NCBI GenBank assembly: GCA_036558005.1
Contig: DATBGO010000144.1
Span: 12,004 to 76,003 of the forward strand
Length of the DNA: 64,000 nt
From: Streptosporangiaceae bacterium
Lineage (GTDB): Bacteria; Actinomycetota; Actinomycetes; Streptosporangiales; Streptosporangiaceae
Direction of reading: 5' to 3'
Below the pieces are notes generated by a model, which was not told the DNA's origin, ran no database searches, and saw nothing but the letters and a program-made list of their open reading frames with translations. The position numbers were made by a program, and so were the translations under genes. How positions within the stretch are numbered: the first letter of the stretch is position 1; every line of letters starts with the position of its first letter. Positions 61,274 through 64,000 of this stretch are shown in pieces.

Positions 61274-63643
61274 TCAGCGCAGGTCGGCGAGCAGGTTCTT
61301 GTGCCACACCAGGACCAGGTAGCCGCCGGTCCGGTAAGCCTGGGCAGGCGGACCAAACGTAGCACGCACGTCGGTGATCCACGGGTACGGGCGCTGGCCC
61401 GGGGCCGGCGGGTACAGCACGACGAACGTGGCGTCGTGCCGCGCCGGGTCGTACCAGGACGCCCGGGCCTCCCAGTGGCCCCGGCTGACCGCGCCGCCGC
61501 CGGCCGTCACCGGCCGGACGCTGACCTTCCCGGCGCTGGCCAGGGTGGTGCTGCTGGCCTGCCAGTAGCCGGCCAGCCCGTAGCTCAGCCCGCGGCCGGC
61601 CAGGAACGCCGCCAGCTGCTGGTTCTGCGCCGGGACCGGCGGCATGCTGGCGACCCGGCCGAGCGCGGCCAGGTAGCCGGCCAGCACCAGCGCCAGGGCC
61701 GGCATCATCCTGGCCCGGTCCAGCCGCTCGGGCAGCAGCCGCCCGGCCAGCACCGCGCTGAACGGCAGCACCGCGGCGAACTCCCTGGTCGCCCGCAGGT
61801 CAACCGCCTTCTGCCCGAACAGGTAGGCGGCCAGGCTGATCAGCACCGCGGCGGTCAGGATCACCGTGACCAGCCCGCCGCGGCGGGCCAGCTCGCCGGT
61901 GCGCAGCAGGCAGCGCAGCCCGGTCCTGACCGCCCAGCCGGCCAGCACCAGGCCGGTCAGGTGCAGCATCGCCAGCACCGACACCAGGCCCAGGCTGTGG
62001 CTGAAGAAGTCGGCGCCGAACAGCAGCAGCAGCCCGTGGACGGTCAGCAGCAGGTGCTGGGGCAGCTGCCCGAACGCGGCCAGCGGGACCGGCAGCGGCG
62101 CGACCGTGAAGCCGCCGCTGGCGGAGATGACCGCGTCCGCGACGGCGGCGGCCGCGGCCGCGCCCGCCGCCGCGGCCGCCAGCGACAGGCTGTACCAGCT
62201 CAGCCGCACCGGCAGCCGCAGCCGCAGGGTCGCGATGTAGGCCCGGGCCAGGCACGCGGCGGCCAGCGGCGCCGCGGCGGTGAAGAACACCACCCGGTCG
62301 GCCACCAGCGCGATGGCCAGCAGCAGCCCGACCGCGGGCGGCACGTACCAGCGCGGCCGGCACCGGTCGATGACCAGCCAGGCGAGCAGCACCGGCAGCG
62401 CGGTGCCGACGTGGTCAGGGTCGAGCAGCAGCACGTACACCCCGCTGCCCGGCTGCGGCGCGAGCATGATCCCGGCGGCGATCACCGCGCCGGCCAGCCC
62501 GGCCCGGCCGGTCCTGCGGCCCTTGGCCAGCACCGCGGCCAGGAGCACCACCAGGGTGTAGGTCGCCGCCGCGGCCACGTGCATGACGTCCGCGCGCAGC
62601 CCCCTGGCCAGCTCGATCAGCAGGTACTGGGGCAGCTCGGTGGTGTAGAACGACACGTCCGACAGCTGCCAGCCCGCCAGCAGCACGTTGCCGTGCAGCA
62701 TGTCCCAGGCCTGCAGCGCGTTCGACGCGCCGTCGGAGTCGGCCGCCGCGGTCCACGACACGTGCAGGTACAAGGTGAACAGGACCAGCCCGGCCAGCAC
62801 CCAGAGGGCGGCCGCCGCGACCTGGGAGACGCCCGGCAGCCGCCGGCGCCCGGCCCGCACCTGCGCCGGGGTCAGCGGCCGCCCGAACGCGAACAGGTAC
62901 CAGCGCAGGTAGTGCGGCAGCCAGGCGGCCAGCCGGAAGTGCGACGCCTGGCCGGGGCGGCCGGTCCAGGTGGTGGGCACCTCGGCGACCGGCAGCCGCA
63001 GCCGCCGCGCCTTGGCGGTCAGCTCGATCCCGACCTCGAAGCCGTGCCGGGACTGGATCCCGGCGGCGCGGGCGAACCTGGTCGAGTACGCCTTGAACGA
63101 GTTCGTGGCGTCGCGCGTGCCCAGGCCCGCCAGCCGGTGCAGGGACCGGCCCGCGGCCCGCGACAGCAGGCCCTTGACCACCGGGCCGCCGTGCTGGGCG
63201 CCGCCGGGCGAGGACCGGGACGCGGCCGCGACCACCGCGCCGCCGGCGACCAGGCCCGCCAGGTCGTCGACCTGGCGCGGGTCGTCGCTGCCGTCGGCCA
63301 TGGCCACCACCGCGACCGGGTACCTGGCGGCGTCCAGGCCGAACCTGATCGCGTTGGCCGGCCCCGGGCCGTACTCGTTGACCAGGCAGCAGACCGCGGC
63401 GCGCAGCCCGGGCCGGCCCGCCGGGTACAGCGCGACCGCGGGCCGGGTCGGGTCGCCGGGGCTGTCCACCACCACCAGGACCTCGCGGACCAGCGCGGAG
63501 CTGGCCAGCAGCCGGTCCAGCACCGGCCCGATCCGCTCCCCCACGCCGCGGGCGGGCATGATCACCGACACCGCGGGCGGGCGGCCGGGCGCGGGCCGCC
63601 CGCGGGCCGGGACCGCCAGCCCGGACTCCCCCGCCCTGGTCAC
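61274..63643 (-). CDS. Fusion protein: GT2 polyprenyl-phosphate glycosyltransferase domain + large polytopic (GT-C-like) membrane domain
   Basis: N-terminal VSVIMPARG...VVVDSPGD...AMADGSDDP...NSFKAY...GFEVGIELT (DPM1/GtrB-like), then about 530 aa with 10 or more hydrophobic helices and a soluble C-terminal tail. GTG 63643 overlaps the upstream stop as GTGA. Confidence 0.75.
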   Translation of the reverse strand: MTRAGESGLAVPARGRPAPGRPPAVSVIMPARGVGERIGPVLDRLLASSALVREVLVVVDSPGDPTRPAVALYPAGRPGLRAAVCCLVNEYGPGPANAIRFGLDAARYPVAVVAMADGSDDPRQVDDLAGLVAGGAVVAAASRSSPGGAQHGGPVVKGLLSRAAGRSLHRLAGLGTRDATNSFKAYSTRFARAAGIQSRHGFEVGIELTAKARRLRLPVAEVPTTWTGRPGQASHFRLAAWLPHYLRWYLFAFGRPLTPAQVRAGRRRLPGVSQVAAAALWVLAGLVLFTLYLHVSWTAAADSDGASNALQAWDMLHGNVLLAGWQLSDVSFYTTELPQYLLIELARGLRADVMHVAAAATYTLVVLLAAVLAKGRRTGRAGLAGAVIAAGIMLAPQPGSGVYVLLLDPDHVGTALPVLLAWLVIDRCRPRWYVPPAVGLLLAIALVADRVVFFTAAAPLAAACLARAYIATLRLRLPVRLSWYSLSLAAAAAGAAAAAAVADAVISASGGFTVAPLPVPLAAFGQLPQHLLLTVHGLLLLFGADFFSHSLGLVSVLAMLHLTGLVLAGWAVRTGLRCLLRTGELARRGGLVTVILTAAVLISLAAYLFGQKAVDLRATREFAAVLPFSAVLAGRLLPERLDRARMMPALALVLAGYLAALGRVASMPPVPAQNQQLAAFLAGRGLSYGLAGYWQASSTTLASAGKVSVRPVTAGGGAVSRGHWEARASWYDPARHDATFVVLYPPAPGQRPYPWITDVRATFGPPAQAYRTGGYLVLVWHKNLLADLR

Positions 63644-64000
63644 CCCGGCACCCCCCGGCCGAGCACGTTCCAGATGTCGGCGACCGGCTTGGCGGTCACC
63701 AGGCCGCGGTAGCACCGGTGCGGCGCGCCGACCACCAGCACGTCGGCCTCGGCCAGCACCCGGCGCAGCGGCACCAGCCCGGGCCCGGTCACCTCCGGGT
63801 CGGTGCACAGCACCGCGGCCGCCCGCCGGGCCAGCAGCTGGCGCAGCCGCCAGGCCAGGCTGTGCCTGGTGTCGTCGCAGCCGCCCTTGAACGCGACCCC
63901 GAGGATGCCGACGGTGAGCTCGCTCAGGTCAAACCGCTGCTCCAGCCGGCCCACCAGGTAACCGGGCAGGCCCTCGTTGACGGCCAGGGCGGCGGCGGCC
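63640..64000 (-). CDS. Nucleotide-sugar dehydrogenase (UDP-glucose/GDP-mannose dehydrogenase family), C-terminal part; 5' end beyond window
   Basis: ...AVNEGLPGYLVGRLEQRFDLSELTVGILGVAFKGGCDDTRHSLAWRL...DPEV is the C-terminal UDP-binding domain pattern. Confidence 0.75.
   Translation of the reverse strand, partial: AAAALAVNEGLPGYLVGRLEQRFDLSELTVGILGVAFKGGCDDTRHSLAWRLRQLLARRAAAVLCTDPEVTGPGLVPLRRVLAEADVLVVGAPHRCYRGLVTAKPVADIWNVLGRGVPG

Overview
Very GC-rich actinomycete chromosomal segment in which almost every third codon position is G or C. I can support about 59 protein-coding genes. I recognised no rRNA, tRNA, CRISPR array, transposase or integrase. Many long ORFs in the six-frame track are antisense or out-of-frame artefacts of the GC content. 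I chose genes by recognisable family motifs, RBS and start context, and 4-nt stop/start overlaps. Two stretches have the gene order I recall from Mycobacterium tuberculosis: rbpA-ppm1 (Rv2050/51c), and pepE-like peptidase, 5'-3' exonuclease, helY, tatC, tatA, pafC, pafB (Rv2089c-2096c). The rest is accessory-looking metabolism and regulation. It includes two paralogous NB-ARC/TPR/LuxR regulators, a GH38 alpha-mannosidase locus, a sugar ABC importer with twin binding proteins, a PadR-ABC-FtsX export module and a GT2/polytopic-membrane glycosyltransferase fusion. I cannot prove a novel system from sequence alone. The best candidates for follow-up are: (1) a clostridial-type lysine aminomutase cluster (kamA divergent from kdd-kamD-kamE-kal) that lacks the kce step; (2) an operon of three phosphotransferase paralogs (adk-like, glycerate kinase, prs-like); (3) an arginase-fold protein with both metal-binding histidines replaced; (4) two unusually long, repeat- or hairpin-rich intergenic regions (13183-13741 and 32521-32927), the second preceding a degenerate adenylate-forming enzyme homolog; (5) a roughly 4.8 kb variable islet (decayed permease, cysteine dioxygenase-like cupin, DUF222/HNH gene, CGNR zinc-finger pair) inserted between the exonuclease gene and helY. 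All functional calls rest on motif recognition by eye, not on database searches.
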